This document shows, piece after piece, positions 1 through 8,651 of a stretch of 30,892 nt of DNA. Below the pieces are notes generated by a model. That model saw nothing but the letters and a program-made list of their open reading frames with translations. It had not been told where the DNA came from and did no database searches. The position numbers and the translations under genes were made by a program. Numbering within the stretch: the stretch's first letter is position 1; each line of letters begins with the position of its first letter. The stretch comes from a virus (taxonomy: Duplodnaviria > Caudoviricetes): IMG/VR virus record IMGVR_UViG_3300030101_000937, positions 1 through 30,892 of that record; one strand, written 5' to 3'.

Positions 1-86
1 TGTAACAAGAAAAGCAGAAAAAGGTACTGCAATACCTGATGATATAGAAACAGAAAGAGATAATATAAGAAGTTCAGTAGATACAA
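1..86. repeat. Terminal direct repeat, left copy (circular assembly overlap)
   Basis: Bases 1-86 (TGTAACAAGA...GTAGATACAA) are identical to 30807-30892 and fall mid-ORF. Confidence 0.97.
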
Positions 87-151
87 AAGAAAGCGAGATT
101 AAAGCACTAACTAAAAAAGTAGATGTGTTTAACTACGATACAAGTTTATAA
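2..151 (+). CDS. 3' part of the origin-spanning putative tail fibre assembly chaperone (begins at 30469)
   Basis: Frame from base 2 reads VTRKAEKGTAIPDDIETERDNIRSSVDTKESEIKALTKKVDVFNYDTSL*. TAA 149-151 overlaps the next ATG (TAATG). Confidence 0.8.
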   Translation, partial: VTRKAEKGTAIPDDIETERDNIRSSVDTKESEIKALTKKVDVFNYDTSL

Positions 152-2250
152 TGCCAACTAACAGAAGAATATTTTCACAAGATGCAGCAGCAACTTCAGG
201 TGATGCAAGTTCAGCAGAAGGATTAATATTACATCTTGATGCTAATGATGAAGATAGTATAGAAGCAGGTGGTGCTAATACAGGTAATGGTAGTGGTACT
301 TGGTTTGATATAGCTAATCACGATTTAAATGTTCCTTTAATAGACAAGGGTACTAATTTGGTTTTACACTTAAACGCAAGTGATACAACTTCGTATAGTG
401 GTAGTGGTGGAACTTGGACAGATTTAAGCACATACGGAAATAATGGCACAATAAACAATGCTACATTTGCAAGTGATACAAGAGGATATTTTGATTTTGA
501 AAGAAGTAACGCAGATGAAAATGTTGAAATTGCTGATTCATCTTCACTTGATATTAGCACAAATATTACTTTAGAATCTTGGATTAATGAAGAAAGTGTA
601 GCCCCCTTTGGTCGTTTGTTTTGGAAAAATGGAGCATACGCCTTATATAGAGGTACAAATGGATGGAATTTTTTAACAGGATCTGATATACTTGTACATA
701 ATTCAGATATACCATCTACAGGTACTTGGTATCATATTGCAGCTACTTATGATGGAGCAAATAAAAAATTATATATTAACGGAACTTTAGTAGATACGGA
801 TTCTGAAACTGCAAGTATACCAACAAATAATAATAGTTTATATATTGGTGGAGATGGTACGACTGCTAGATTTTTTGATGGTAAAGTTTCAGCAGTAAGG
901 ATTTATAATGTTGCATTAACAGCATCAGAAGTAGCACAAAACTTTAGAGCAAATAGTTTTTTAAGTTTTGATTCTATTTATTCTACAGATTTAGAAATGA
1001 ATTTAGATGCTGCTAACTATACAAGTGGCTCAACTTTTACTGATTCAAGTGGTAATGGTAACAATGGAACAATAAGTTCAACACCATCTTTTGATAAAGA
1101 ACTTGGAAACCATTTAAACTTTTCACAAGGTCAAACTTCAGGTGCATCAACGATGAGTACAAATAGATTGACAGTAAGTTCTTTTGCAGCATTGAGAACA
1201 AGTACAAATTTTTCTATTGAAATTTGGCTCAAATCCTCAACTGCAAGTAGTGATGGGATGATTTGGAATGTGTTTGATGGTGGAAGCGGAACCAAATGGT
1301 CTTTAAGTTGGAACACAAGCAAATTTAGGTGGGCAGTACACAATGCAAGTGGAATTTTTCAAGGCGGTCAAGATGCGTTTACTGAAAATACTTTTTCTAC
1401 AAATACTTGGTTACATATAGTAGCGACATACAATAATGGTACTGAACAAAAAATATATGTAAATGGTATTTTTGAAGGCGAAGCAAGTTCTCCTAATGCA
1501 GGAACAAATACTACTACAACAGTACAAATGAGATGGGGAGATAGGAGTGATGGATATGCAGTAGATACGCAAATTGGTCAAGCGAGATATTATAGCGCTG
1601 CGCTTACCTCTGCCCAAGTAGCACAAAACTATTTAGCTACAAAAAATGATTATCCTAATGGATTTAATGGTGCAATTACAAGTGCTATATTTAAGACAAA
1701 TTCAAGTTCGCCAAATGAAAATTATTTTGAATTTACTGGCTCAGAGAGAGTTGATTTGTCTTATTTTACTATAATGGAACAAGATACTACTGTTACCATT
1801 TATGGTAAATATGACAACGTTGGAAGTGGTTCATCGCAACAATATTTGTTCACAAAATATCAATCTGCACCCTCTGGTCAATTTGGTTTTTTAGTACAAA
1901 AACAACAAAATAAGGATTCTTTAAGTTGGACAATGAGAGATACATCAAATCAATTAGTTATTTCTTTAGTAGACAAAGGCACTATTACGGCTGGTGATTG
2001 GTTTCATTTAGTTCTTGTTTATGTAAAATCAACATCAGGAACAATGTATATAAACGGAACACAAGTTGGGACAACAAGTTATGCGACCAGTAATCCTTAT
2101 GGTACAAATACTGATTTTTTACGACTTGGTAATTATACTGCTGCTGGATTAGATGGGCAAATAGGACAATTTAAGGTTTTTGAAAAAGCATTTACAGCAT
2201 CAGAGGTTTTAGCTGAATATAATGCAACTAAATCAACTTACGGATTGTAA
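151..2250 (+). CDS. Tail fibre/receptor-binding protein with three LamG (concanavalin A-like) domains
   Basis: Repeated LamG hallmarks: WYHIAATYDG..KLYING, WLHIVATYNN..KIYVNG, WFHLVLVY..MYING, and YN.ALTASEV endings. Ser/Thr/Gly/Asn-rich. Confidence 0.85.
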   Translation: MPTNRRIFSQDAAATSGDASSAEGLILHLDANDEDSIEAGGANTGNGSGTWFDIANHDLNVPLIDKGTNLVLHLNASDTTSYSGSGGTWTDLSTYGNNGTINNATFASDTRGYFDFERSNADENVEIADSSSLDISTNITLESWINEESVAPFGRLFWKNGAYALYRGTNGWNFLTGSDILVHNSDIPSTGTWYHIAATYDGANKKLYINGTLVDTDSETASIPTNNNSLYIGGDGTTARFFDGKVSAVRIYNVALTASEVAQNFRANSFLSFDSIYSTDLEMNLDAANYTSGSTFTDSSGNGNNGTISSTPSFDKELGNHLNFSQGQTSGASTMSTNRLTVSSFAALRTSTNFSIEIWLKSSTASSDGMIWNVFDGGSGTKWSLSWNTSKFRWAVHNASGIFQGGQDAFTENTFSTNTWLHIVATYNNGTEQKIYVNGIFEGEASSPNAGTNTTTTVQMRWGDRSDGYAVDTQIGQARYYSAALTSAQVAQNYLATKNDYPNGFNGAITSAIFKTNSSSPNENYFEFTGSERVDLSYFTIMEQDTTVTIYGKYDNVGSGSSQQYLFTKYQSAPSGQFGFLVQKQQNKDSLSWTMRDTSNQLVISLVDKGTITAGDWFHLVLVYVKSTSGTMYINGTQVGTTSYATSNPYGTNTDFLRLGNYTAAGLDGQIGQFKVFEKAFTASEVLAEYNATKSTYGL

Positions 2251-2396
2251 TGATTACAGATTTAAGAACATATGGTTTGTCAGCATTTGCATTAGTGTTT
2301 AGTTCAATGCCACAAATAAATGTTTATTTACAAACAGCAGTTCTAGTTCTTACAATAGTTTTAGTAGTAATACAGATATACCAAAAAACAAAATGA
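2250..2396 (+). CDS. Small membrane protein, holin-like (48 aa, not in ORF track)
   Basis: [48 protein letters not shown]. Two hydrophobic segments and a basic C-terminus. Coupled by TAATG and ATGA overlaps at the head of the lysis cassette. Confidence 0.7.
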   Translation: MITDLRTYGLSAFALVFSSMPQINVYLQTAVLVLTIVLVVIQIYQKTK

Positions 2397-2779
2397 TACC
2401 AAAGAATGGCACTTTTAGATTCCTGTTGCACTTTTCAGGTGCTTTACTTGTATTCTTTCTTATAGTTGGAATACTTGTATACTTAACAGAATACACAATA
2501 CCTGAAGAAAATGCTTCTATAGTAAACACACTAATAGGTATGATAGCAGCAAGTGTAGCAATGATTATATCAACTATTACAGGTAGAAACCCTGATGAAT
2601 TAGAAAGTGCAAAGAAAAAGATAAGTTCACTTGAAATGAAAGTAGATATGCTAGTAAGCCAAAAAGATAGTTTAGAAAATTTAGTTATAGAAATGCAAAA
2701 AGATAGTATAGAAAAGTTATCTTTGATGAGTACAGTATGGATAGATGATTTAAGAAAAAATGATCCTAAAAAACTTTAA
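2393..2779 (+). CDS. Two-TM membrane protein with C-terminal coiled coil (lysis-associated, putative)
   Basis: Two hydrophobic helices followed by a heptad-like charged region; directly upstream of the endolysin. Confidence 0.6.
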   Translation: MIPKNGTFRFLLHFSGALLVFFLIVGILVYLTEYTIPEENASIVNTLIGMIAASVAMIISTITGRNPDELESAKKKISSLEMKVDMLVSQKDSLENLVIEMQKDSIEKLSLMSTVWIDDLRKNDPKKL

Positions 2780-3137
2780 ACTTGAAGAATTTGATAGCCC
2801 TGACTTTAAAGGTTCAGGTAAAAATATGGATGCTGATTTTATGCAGTTACTTGACAGGGCAAGAACAGAAGCAGGTATACCCTTTAAAATCAATAGTGGA
2901 TATAGAACAGAAAGCCATAATAGAAAAGTGGGTGGAAAACCCAAAACAGATTCTACTAAAGGAAGCAGTCATATGTATGGACTTGCAGCAGATATTGGAT
3001 GCACAGATTCTGTTACAAGATCAAAGATTATTGCAGCACTTATTACAGTTGGATTTAGAAGGGTTGGAATTGCCAAGTCATTTTTGCATGTGGACTTGGA
3101 TAAGGATAAGCCCAATGCAATATGGCTATATAGCTAA
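2760..3137 (+). CDS. Endolysin, peptidase M15 family
   Basis: [20 protein letters not shown] and FLHVD zinc-peptidase motifs. Confidence 0.9.
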   Translation: MILKNFKLEEFDSPDFKGSGKNMDADFMQLLDRARTEAGIPFKINSGYRTESHNRKVGGKPKTDSTKGSSHMYGLAADIGCTDSVTRSKIIAALITVGFRRVGIAKSFLHVDLDKDKPNAIWLYS

Positions 3138-3163
3138 AACTGCTTTAGTAGGAAATACACACA

Positions 3164-3577
3164 ATGCCAAAGAAAAAATTTAAAGAAACAGGGGTAGGTA
3201 AATTTTTACTAGAAAAAATACCCAACATAGTAGGTACATTAGCTGAAGGCACACCTGCAAGTGGAATTGTAAAAGCACTTATAGGTGGTAGTGAAATGAC
3301 TACACAAGATAAAGAATTAGCCCTTAAAAAACTACAACAAGAAATACATGAATTTGATGGTATTACAAAAAGGTGGGTGGCAGATTCACAAAGTGGTAGT
3401 TGGTTAGCACAAAATGTTAGGCCACTTACTTTAGCATTTCTTACAATAGCTTTTGTAATTGGTTGGTACATGCAAATCAAAGAACTTGAAATAGTAAAAG
3501 AATTACTTTGGGTAGTTTTTGCAGGTTACTTTGGTGGTAGAACTTATGAAAAGGTAAAAGGTAGATCAAATGGCTAG
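3164..3577 (+). CDS. Putative holin (3TM/GTA-holin-like)
   Basis: RW..D..S.SWL..NVRPL motif, hydrophobic helices, and a C-terminal YFGGRTYEK; follows the endolysin. Confidence 0.75.
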   Translation: MPKKKFKETGVGKFLLEKIPNIVGTLAEGTPASGIVKALIGGSEMTTQDKELALKKLQQEIHEFDGITKRWVADSQSGSWLAQNVRPLTLAFLTIAFVIGWYMQIKELEIVKELLWVVFAGYFGGRTYEKVKGRSNG

Positions 3578-3704
3578 ACAGCAAATAAGCACTTATAAGG
3601 CAAGAAAAAAAGTAAAACGACCTAATGTACATGCCAAGACCAAAACAAGCAAACTAAAGGGTTGTAAACACTACAGAAAGACATACAGAGGGCAGGGTAG
3701 GTAG
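3570..3704 (+). CDS. Small, very basic protein (44 aa) ending YRGQGR
   Basis: MARQQISTYKARKKVKRPNVHAKTKTSKLKGCKHYRKTYRGQGR*; fills the gap after the holin. Confidence 0.65.
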   Translation: MARQQISTYKARKKVKRPNVHAKTKTSKLKGCKHYRKTYRGQGR

Positions 3705-3709
3705 CAAAC

Positions 3710-3740
3710 TTGACTTTGTAAAAAAAAACGACTAACTTTG
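3710..3740 (+). promoter_or_regulatory. Bacteroidota housekeeping-sigma promoter (-33 TTG, -7 TAACTTTG)
   Basis: TTG 3710-3712, 20-nt spacer, TAACTTTG 3733-3740, matching the TAnnTTTG consensus; 18 nt before the ninG-like ATG. Confidence 0.7.
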
Positions 3741-3758
3741 GTGGGCTAGTGGGAATAT

Positions 3759-4145
3759 ATGCCTAAAAGAAAATTAAGCAAAAGTAAATTAATTAAAAAA
3801 CTAGATAGAATATTTAGTATATATGTAAGGTTGTTTAATGCAGATAAAAATGGTAATTGCAAGTGTATTACTTGTGGTAAACAACAACACTATAAACAAC
3901 TACATGCAGGACATTTTATAAGTAGAAGGCACTTATGTACAAGGTGGGATTTAAACAACGTTAAACCACAATGTGTACGTTGTAATATTTACCAACAAGG
4001 TAGACAATACGAGTTTAGTTTACAACTTGGTAAAAAGTTATCACAAGATTTATTAAAAAAAAGCAAAGAAGTTTGTAAGTTTGCACCAAGTGATATACAG
4101 GATATGATTGACCACTATACTACAAAGGTCAAAAATATTACTTAA
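3759..4145 (+). CDS. ninG: NinG/Rap-like recombination endonuclease
   Basis: LD..FS.YVR, CITCG, HAGHFISR, RWD..NV..QC..CN motifs. Confidence 0.85.
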   Translation: MPKRKLSKSKLIKKLDRIFSIYVRLFNADKNGNCKCITCGKQQHYKQLHAGHFISRRHLCTRWDLNNVKPQCVRCNIYQQGRQYEFSLQLGKKLSQDLLKKSKEVCKFAPSDIQDMIDHYTTKVKNIT

Positions 4146-4175
4146 TGTTTCTTATTTTATAATTGTTTAAATGTG

Positions 4176-4200
4176 GGGGTATGAAAGTACCCCTTTTTTT
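4176..4200 (+). terminator. Rho-independent terminator
   Basis: GGGGTAT-GAAA-GTACCCC followed by T7. Confidence 0.85.
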
Positions 4201-4248
4201 ATTCACTAATTTTTTGTAACTTGGTTAATAATTTTAAAATAAATAATT

Positions 4249-4596
4249 ATGGATAAAACACAAATGTATATTATAAAACAAAGTTCTATTAAGACAGCAG
4301 CAGATTTTTTTGCAAGGTGTAGTAATAGTGGATGCAAACATAGTGATGCTAATTTAGATGATGTATTTAAGTTTGCAGATCGTATTGTAGATTGGGTAAT
4401 AAGTGAAGGTGTAAAAACTACTAACTTGGTAGATGACCTACCTAAAGTACCTGATGACCAAAAAAAGTGGTTAAACAGGGGTACACCTGAATATAGTGCC
4501 ATGATAGAATACAAAAAAAAAGGTGGTAGCGTAAAACAAATTAGAAACCAGTTTAAAGTAAGTAAAGAAATTGAAACAGAATTATCAAAAATATAA
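4249..4596 (+). CDS. Hypothetical protein (replication/recombination module)
   Basis: 115-aa ORF with an A-rich start context; no confident family assignment. Confidence 0.7.
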   Translation: MDKTQMYIIKQSSIKTAADFFARCSNSGCKHSDANLDDVFKFADRIVDWVISEGVKTTNLVDDLPKVPDDQKKWLNRGTPEYSAMIEYKKKGGSVKQIRNQFKVSKEIETELSKI

Positions 4597-4598
4597 AT

Positions 4599-4928
4599 AT
4601 GTACAAAGTAGAAGGACAAATAAAACAAATAAAAAATTTGCAAAAGTTGGAAGGCAATACAGGGTTGAACCAAGTGCAAACAATGATATTAGAAACGAAG
4701 GATAAATACCCACAAGAATTACCTATAGAGTTTTGGAATAAATCAATAGGTGTTTTAAACCAGTATAAAAAAGGTGATACTGTTACTGTAAGCATGAATG
4801 TAAATAGTAATAAATGGAAAGATAGATTTTTTGTAAAACTAAAAGGGTTTAAAATAGAAACTGGTAATGAAGTTACCAATACAGAACAAAACCCTGATAG
4901 GGAAATAGAAGTAGATTTACCATTTTAA
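4599..4928 (+). CDS. DUF3127-like single-stranded DNA-binding protein
   Basis: KYPQ.L.IEF, GD.V.V..N....W..RFF..L.GFKI pattern and an acidic C-terminal DLPF tail. Confidence 0.8.
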   Translation: MYKVEGQIKQIKNLQKLEGNTGLNQVQTMILETKDKYPQELPIEFWNKSIGVLNQYKKGDTVTVSMNVNSNKWKDRFFVKLKGFKIETGNEVTNTEQNPDREIEVDLPF

Positions 4929-4932
4929 TTAC

Positions 4933-4956
4933 AGGGGGTTTTTACCCCCTTTTTTT
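4933..4956 (+). terminator. Rho-independent terminator abutting the helicase start
   Basis: AGGGGGT-TTTT-ACCCCCT followed by T6, then ATG 4957. Confidence 0.8.
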
Positions 4957-5871
4957 ATGATAATAAGGGCAACTGAAATAAAAAACAAACTACTAGATAT
5001 AAAGTTTGGTAGGGTTAAAGAGGGTTTGAAAATAGGTATACCTGAAATAGATGAATATATAAGATTAAAACTAAATGGCAATACTACCCTTCTTATAGGC
5101 CATGCAAATGTAGGTAAAACAAGTGTAGCAATATATTTACTAACTGTATGGGCTGTACTACATAAAACTAAAACACTAGTATGGAGTTCTGAAAATACAG
5201 TAGATTCTATTGTAAGAAAGATAATAGAGTTTAAAATGGGTAAACCTATAAGTATGGCAAGTGAAGTAGAAATACAAACTGCGTTAGGGTGGTGTGATGA
5301 TTACTTTAAAATTATAGATGTAGATGAATTGTACACTTATAAAGATTTACTTGCAGAAGCAAATGCAATTAAAGATGCATGGGATTACAATTTATGTTTA
5401 ATTGATCCATACAATAGTTTGGCCAAAGAACCCCAAGATATAAAAAGTTTAGGTGGCCATGAATACGATTACATGGTGCTTACTGAATTAAGATTATTTG
5501 CAAAAAAAAGGGGTATAAGTTTGTTTTTAAATTGTCATGGTAATAGTGAAGCACTAAGAAGAACACACCCAAAAAGCCATGAATATGAAAATTTACCTGT
5601 ACCTTTAGGTATGGCAAGTATAGAAGGTGGGGGTAAGTTTGGAAATAGATTTAATGACTGCTATTGCATACATAGGTATACAGGCCACCCTACTGAATGG
5701 ATGTTTACACACCTGCATGTTTTAAAAGTAAAGGAAACAGAAACAGGTGGCAGATGCACACCTTTTGAACAACCAGTAAAAATTAGAATGAAAATAAACA
5801 ATGTAGGTTTTGAGTTTGCAGGACAAGATATACTACATAACAAAAAGAATATAAAACAGGTAATGTTTTGA
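4957..5871 (+). CDS. DnaB-like (SF4) replicative helicase, C-terminal ATPase domain
   Basis: Walker A GHANVGKT, WSSEN, Walker B LIDPYN, and KVK..ETGG. Confidence 0.8.
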   Translation: MIIRATEIKNKLLDIKFGRVKEGLKIGIPEIDEYIRLKLNGNTTLLIGHANVGKTSVAIYLLTVWAVLHKTKTLVWSSENTVDSIVRKIIEFKMGKPISMASEVEIQTALGWCDDYFKIIDVDELYTYKDLLAEANAIKDAWDYNLCLIDPYNSLAKEPQDIKSLGGHEYDYMVLTELRLFAKKRGISLFLNCHGNSEALRRTHPKSHEYENLPVPLGMASIEGGGKFGNRFNDCYCIHRYTGHPTEWMFTHLHVLKVKETETGGRCTPFEQPVKIRMKINNVGFEFAGQDILHNKKNIKQVMF

Positions 5872-6092
5872 TAAATATAGTGATAACACTTTTAATATTA
5901 ACAACAGCAGCTATGTACTGGAGTAATTTAGTAGATGGCAATGTAAGTATTGCACCTATCATTGGTTTGATGTTTGGCTGTTTATATTCTTACCAACAAT
6001 TAGAAGAAGAAACTGAATATACTTTACAATTTTGTTTATTTATAGTTAGTATTACAGTAGAATGGAAAAGTACAAATGGATTGAAAAAGTAG
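5868..6092 (+). CDS. Hypothetical hydrophobic protein
   Basis: TTG start overlapping the helicase stop; hydrophobic segments. Confidence 0.55.
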   Translation: MINIVITLLILTTAAMYWSNLVDGNVSIAPIIGLMFGCLYSYQQLEEETEYTLQFCLFIVSITVEWKSTNGLKK

Positions 6093-6610
6093 CCAAGTAT
6101 CATAACGACTGGATTAAAATAGTAAATACTTTTGGTGAATATAATTATGCAGAAGATATAGTACAACTTTCTTATTTAGCACTTATGAGATATGCAAGTG
6201 AAAACAAAGTAATAAAAAATGGTAAAGTAAGCAGGGGTTATATGTACTTTACATTACGATCACTTTTCTACCAGTATTACAATAAAAAGAAAAAAGTAAA
6301 AAAATACAGTATAGATAATGGTGAATATGATATACAATTACCCTACCAAGACAACATAGAAGAGAATGAAGCATACCACAAAATTTGTAATTTAGTAGAT
6401 CATGTTACAGATACATGGCATTGGTATGATAAAAAACTATGGAAACTATACAGCCAAACAGATATGAGTATAAGAAAACTTGCAAGTGAAACTAAAATAA
6501 GTTGGGTAAGTATATTTAATAGTTTGAAGCATTTAAAAAAAGATATAAAATATAAACTTGCAGAAGATTGGGAAGATTTTAAAAACAATGATTTTGATAA
6601 AATAAAATAA
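6062..6610 (+). CDS. Phage sigma70/ECF-like RNA polymerase sigma factor
   Basis: Region-2-like AEDIVQ.SYL...GYMYFTLRSLFYQY and region-4 HTH LY....MSIRKLASETKISWVSIFNSLK. Confidence 0.75.
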   Translation: MEKYKWIEKVAKYHNDWIKIVNTFGEYNYAEDIVQLSYLALMRYASENKVIKNGKVSRGYMYFTLRSLFYQYYNKKKKVKKYSIDNGEYDIQLPYQDNIEENEAYHKICNLVDHVTDTWHWYDKKLWKLYSQTDMSIRKLASETKISWVSIFNSLKHLKKDIKYKLAEDWEDFKNNDFDKIK

Positions 6611-7008
6611 TGGCGAAGAAGAATTACAAAAAGTATAAAGAGAAATACGATAAAAAAAGCAAAGGTGTAGGTGATACAGTAGAAAAATTTACAACTGCTA
6701 CAGGTATAAAAAAAGTAGTAAAATTCATAGCAGGTGATGACTGTGGATGTGATGAAAGAAAAGATAAACTTAACCTACTATTTCCATATAACAAACCTGA
6801 ATGCTTTACAGAAGAAGAATATAACTACATGGCAGAAAAAATAAACAATTCTACCATTACTGTAGAAGAACAAGTAAATATTTTAAAAATATACAACAGG
6901 GTATTTAAAGAAAATGTTTCTACTACATCTTGCAGTTCTTGTTTTGTACATAATGTTTGGAACAAACTGAAAAGAATATATAAAGAATACCAACATGATG
7001 AACTATAG
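6610..7008 (+). CDS. Hypothetical Cys-containing phage protein
   Basis: KGVGDTVEKFTTATGIKK, DCGC and CSSC motifs; possible metal binding. Confidence 0.7.
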   Translation: MAKKNYKKYKEKYDKKSKGVGDTVEKFTTATGIKKVVKFIAGDDCGCDERKDKLNLLFPYNKPECFTEEEYNYMAEKINNSTITVEEQVNILKIYNRVFKENVSTTSCSSCFVHNVWNKLKRIYKEYQHDEL

Positions 7009-7444
7009 AAATATGCTCATGGGCATAGAAACAGAAAAAAAATTTGAAAGAATAATGATAGAAAAGGGTAATACTCTTGTAAGATCAAATGCACAACAAG
7101 ATATACATGACCACATAGATTATTTTGTAAATGATTATAGTGTAGATGTAAAAAGTAATAAAGATGAAAATAGTATATGGCTAGAACTTGTAAATGTTAC
7201 AGGTAAAAAAGGTTGGCTTTATGGCAAGGCAGATTATATAGCTTTTGATATGAAACATTTAGGTTGTTTTTGTTTTTTTAAAACTTTTGATTTACTACAA
7301 GTGGTAAAAGATGTAAAAGAGATTGCAAAAAATGGTACAGAATTTTTTAAATTGTACACAAGAAAAACCAAAAAAGATAAAATAGTAAGAGTTAAATATA
7401 CAGATATAGAACATTTAGAAAAGAAAAAAGTATGTTATGGATGA
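6995..7444 (+). CDS. PD-(D/E)XK-fold nuclease-like protein
   Basis: E..F..., HID.....VDVK, W.E..NV.G..GWLYG.ADY pattern. Confidence 0.6.
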   Translation: MMNYRNMLMGIETEKKFERIMIEKGNTLVRSNAQQDIHDHIDYFVNDYSVDVKSNKDENSIWLELVNVTGKKGWLYGKADYIAFDMKHLGCFCFFKTFDLLQVVKDVKEIAKNGTEFFKLYTRKTKKDKIVRVKYTDIEHLEKKKVCYG

Positions 7445-7697
7445 ATTTATAAATAAGAAATTAAACAATTTAGATGATTTAAGAACAGATAAAGCATTAC
7501 TAAACATTTGGGGTATCATAAAAAAATGGAGTGAAGCGAAACCTGACCACAAAGAACTAAATATAATTAAAGAAGAACTTGCAGAACTGGGTTTACTTAT
7601 TGCAAAAAAGAAAGTAGAAGAAGGTAATTTAAGAACTGCATTAAGTGATTATAGGTTAAGGTTAGCAAAAGCAGAAAGTAAAATACCAGTAGAATGA
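7437..7697 (+). CDS. Hypothetical protein
   Basis: 86-aa ORF overlapping both neighbours. Confidence 0.7.
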   Translation: MDEFINKKLNNLDDLRTDKALLNIWGIIKKWSEAKPDHKELNIIKEELAELGLLIAKKKVEEGNLRTALSDYRLRLAKAESKIPVE

Positions 7698-7843
7698 AAA
7701 AAGTAGTAGATGAAATGACTGGGTTAGTTTATGTACAAAATACAACTTCAGAAGATAAAGTACAATACATAAAACTACAAGCACAAATAAAAAAGATGAT
7801 AACTAAACTTGAAGAAGTTTTAGAAGATCTCAAAAACATATAG
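7694..7843 (+). CDS. Hypothetical small protein (49 aa, not in track)
   Basis: MKKVVDEMTGLVYVQNTTSEDKVQYIKLQAQIKKMITKLEEVLEDLKNI*; ATGA overlap. Confidence 0.6.
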   Translation: MKKVVDEMTGLVYVQNTTSEDKVQYIKLQAQIKKMITKLEEVLEDLKNI

Positions 7844-7874
7844 TTTGTAATTTGTTAATAAAATAGTATCTTTA
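7844..7874 (+). promoter_or_regulatory. Host-type (Bacteroidota) promoter TTTG-N19-TATCTTTA
   Basis: TTTG 7844-7847, 19-nt spacer, TAnnTTTA 7867-7874, upstream of ATG 7887. Confidence 0.65.
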
Positions 7875-7886
7875 TAAAAAACAATT

Positions 7887-8651
7887 ATGATTAAGTTACT
7901 AAATAATGAAACTTGGGGTAAAGAAGAAATACTAACTGAAATGGTTAGTGATACTTTTTACTATGAACATTTAGGTAAATATGCTTTAAGCAGTAGTGCG
8001 TTAAGTAACCTTTTAAAAAGTGCAAAAACTTACAGGCAAAGTTTGAATTTTGCAGGTGAAGAAACCACAGCACTAATGATTGGTAAGGTTTTCCATTGGA
8101 TGATACTAGAACCTGAAAAAATGGATAACGTAAAAATACTAGATGTATCAAGTAGAAATACAAAAGCATACAAAGAAGCAAAAGAAAAACACCACCATAT
8201 ACTACTTAAAAAAGAAGTAGCAGATGTAGAACATATAGCAGATGCAGTTTTACAAAATGAAATAGTAAAGGGTTATTTAAAAAATGCAGAGTTTGAAGTA
8301 CCTGCTATAGAAATGATAGATGGCCTACCTTTTAGGGGTAAAGCAGATATTATAAAAGATAGAACAATTATAGATTTAAAAACTACTTCTACCAACTTAA
8401 AAGATTTTGGATATTCAGCAGATAAATATAACTATGATATGCAATGCTATTTATACATGAAATTATTTAAGGCAAGAGATTTTAAGTTTGTAGTAGTAAA
8501 CAAACAAACAAAAGATATAGGTGTATTTGAAACAAGTGAAGAATTTTATGAAAGAGGTGGTACAAAATTTAAACAAGCTGTAAGTGTGTACAGGCATTTT
8601 TTTGAAGAACAAAACGATTTAGACCAATACGTATTAAGAGGTATATTATGA
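7887..8651 (+). CDS. DUF3799/RecE(ExoVIII)-like PD-(D/E)XK exonuclease
   Basis: LSSS.L..L, G..FH..ILEP, RGKADI....IIDLKTT, Y.Y..Q...Y motifs. Confidence 0.8.
   Translation: MIKLLNNETWGKEEILTEMVSDTFYYEHLGKYALSSSALSNLLKSAKTYRQSLNFAGEETTALMIGKVFHWMILEPEKMDNVKILDVSSRNTKAYKEAKEKHHHILLKKEVADVEHIADAVLQNEIVKGYLKNAEFEVPAIEMIDGLPFRGKADIIKDRTIIDLKTTSTNLKDFGYSADKYNYDMQCYLYMKLFKARDFKFVVVNKQTKDIGVFETSEEFYERGGTKFKQAVSVYRHFFEEQNDLDQYVLRGIL

Noticed and set aside
1-86. Terminal repeat as a biological direct terminal repeat
   Set aside because: It lies mid-gene and is more simply an assembly overlap of a circularly permuted genome.
151-2250. Diversity-generating retroelement or invertible cassette acting on the fibre
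   Set aside because: No reverse transcriptase or recombinase, and I saw no template/variable repeat pair.
2782-3183. 133-aa alternate-frame ORF over the endolysin (possible embedded spanin)
   Set aside because: No lipobox or convincing signal/TM segment; TTG start; the M15 frame explains the region.
4206-4248. Host-type promoter before ORF 4249
   Set aside because: TAATTTTA is present at 4229-4236 but there is no TTG at the expected spacing. A promoter is plausible after the terminator but cannot be placed.
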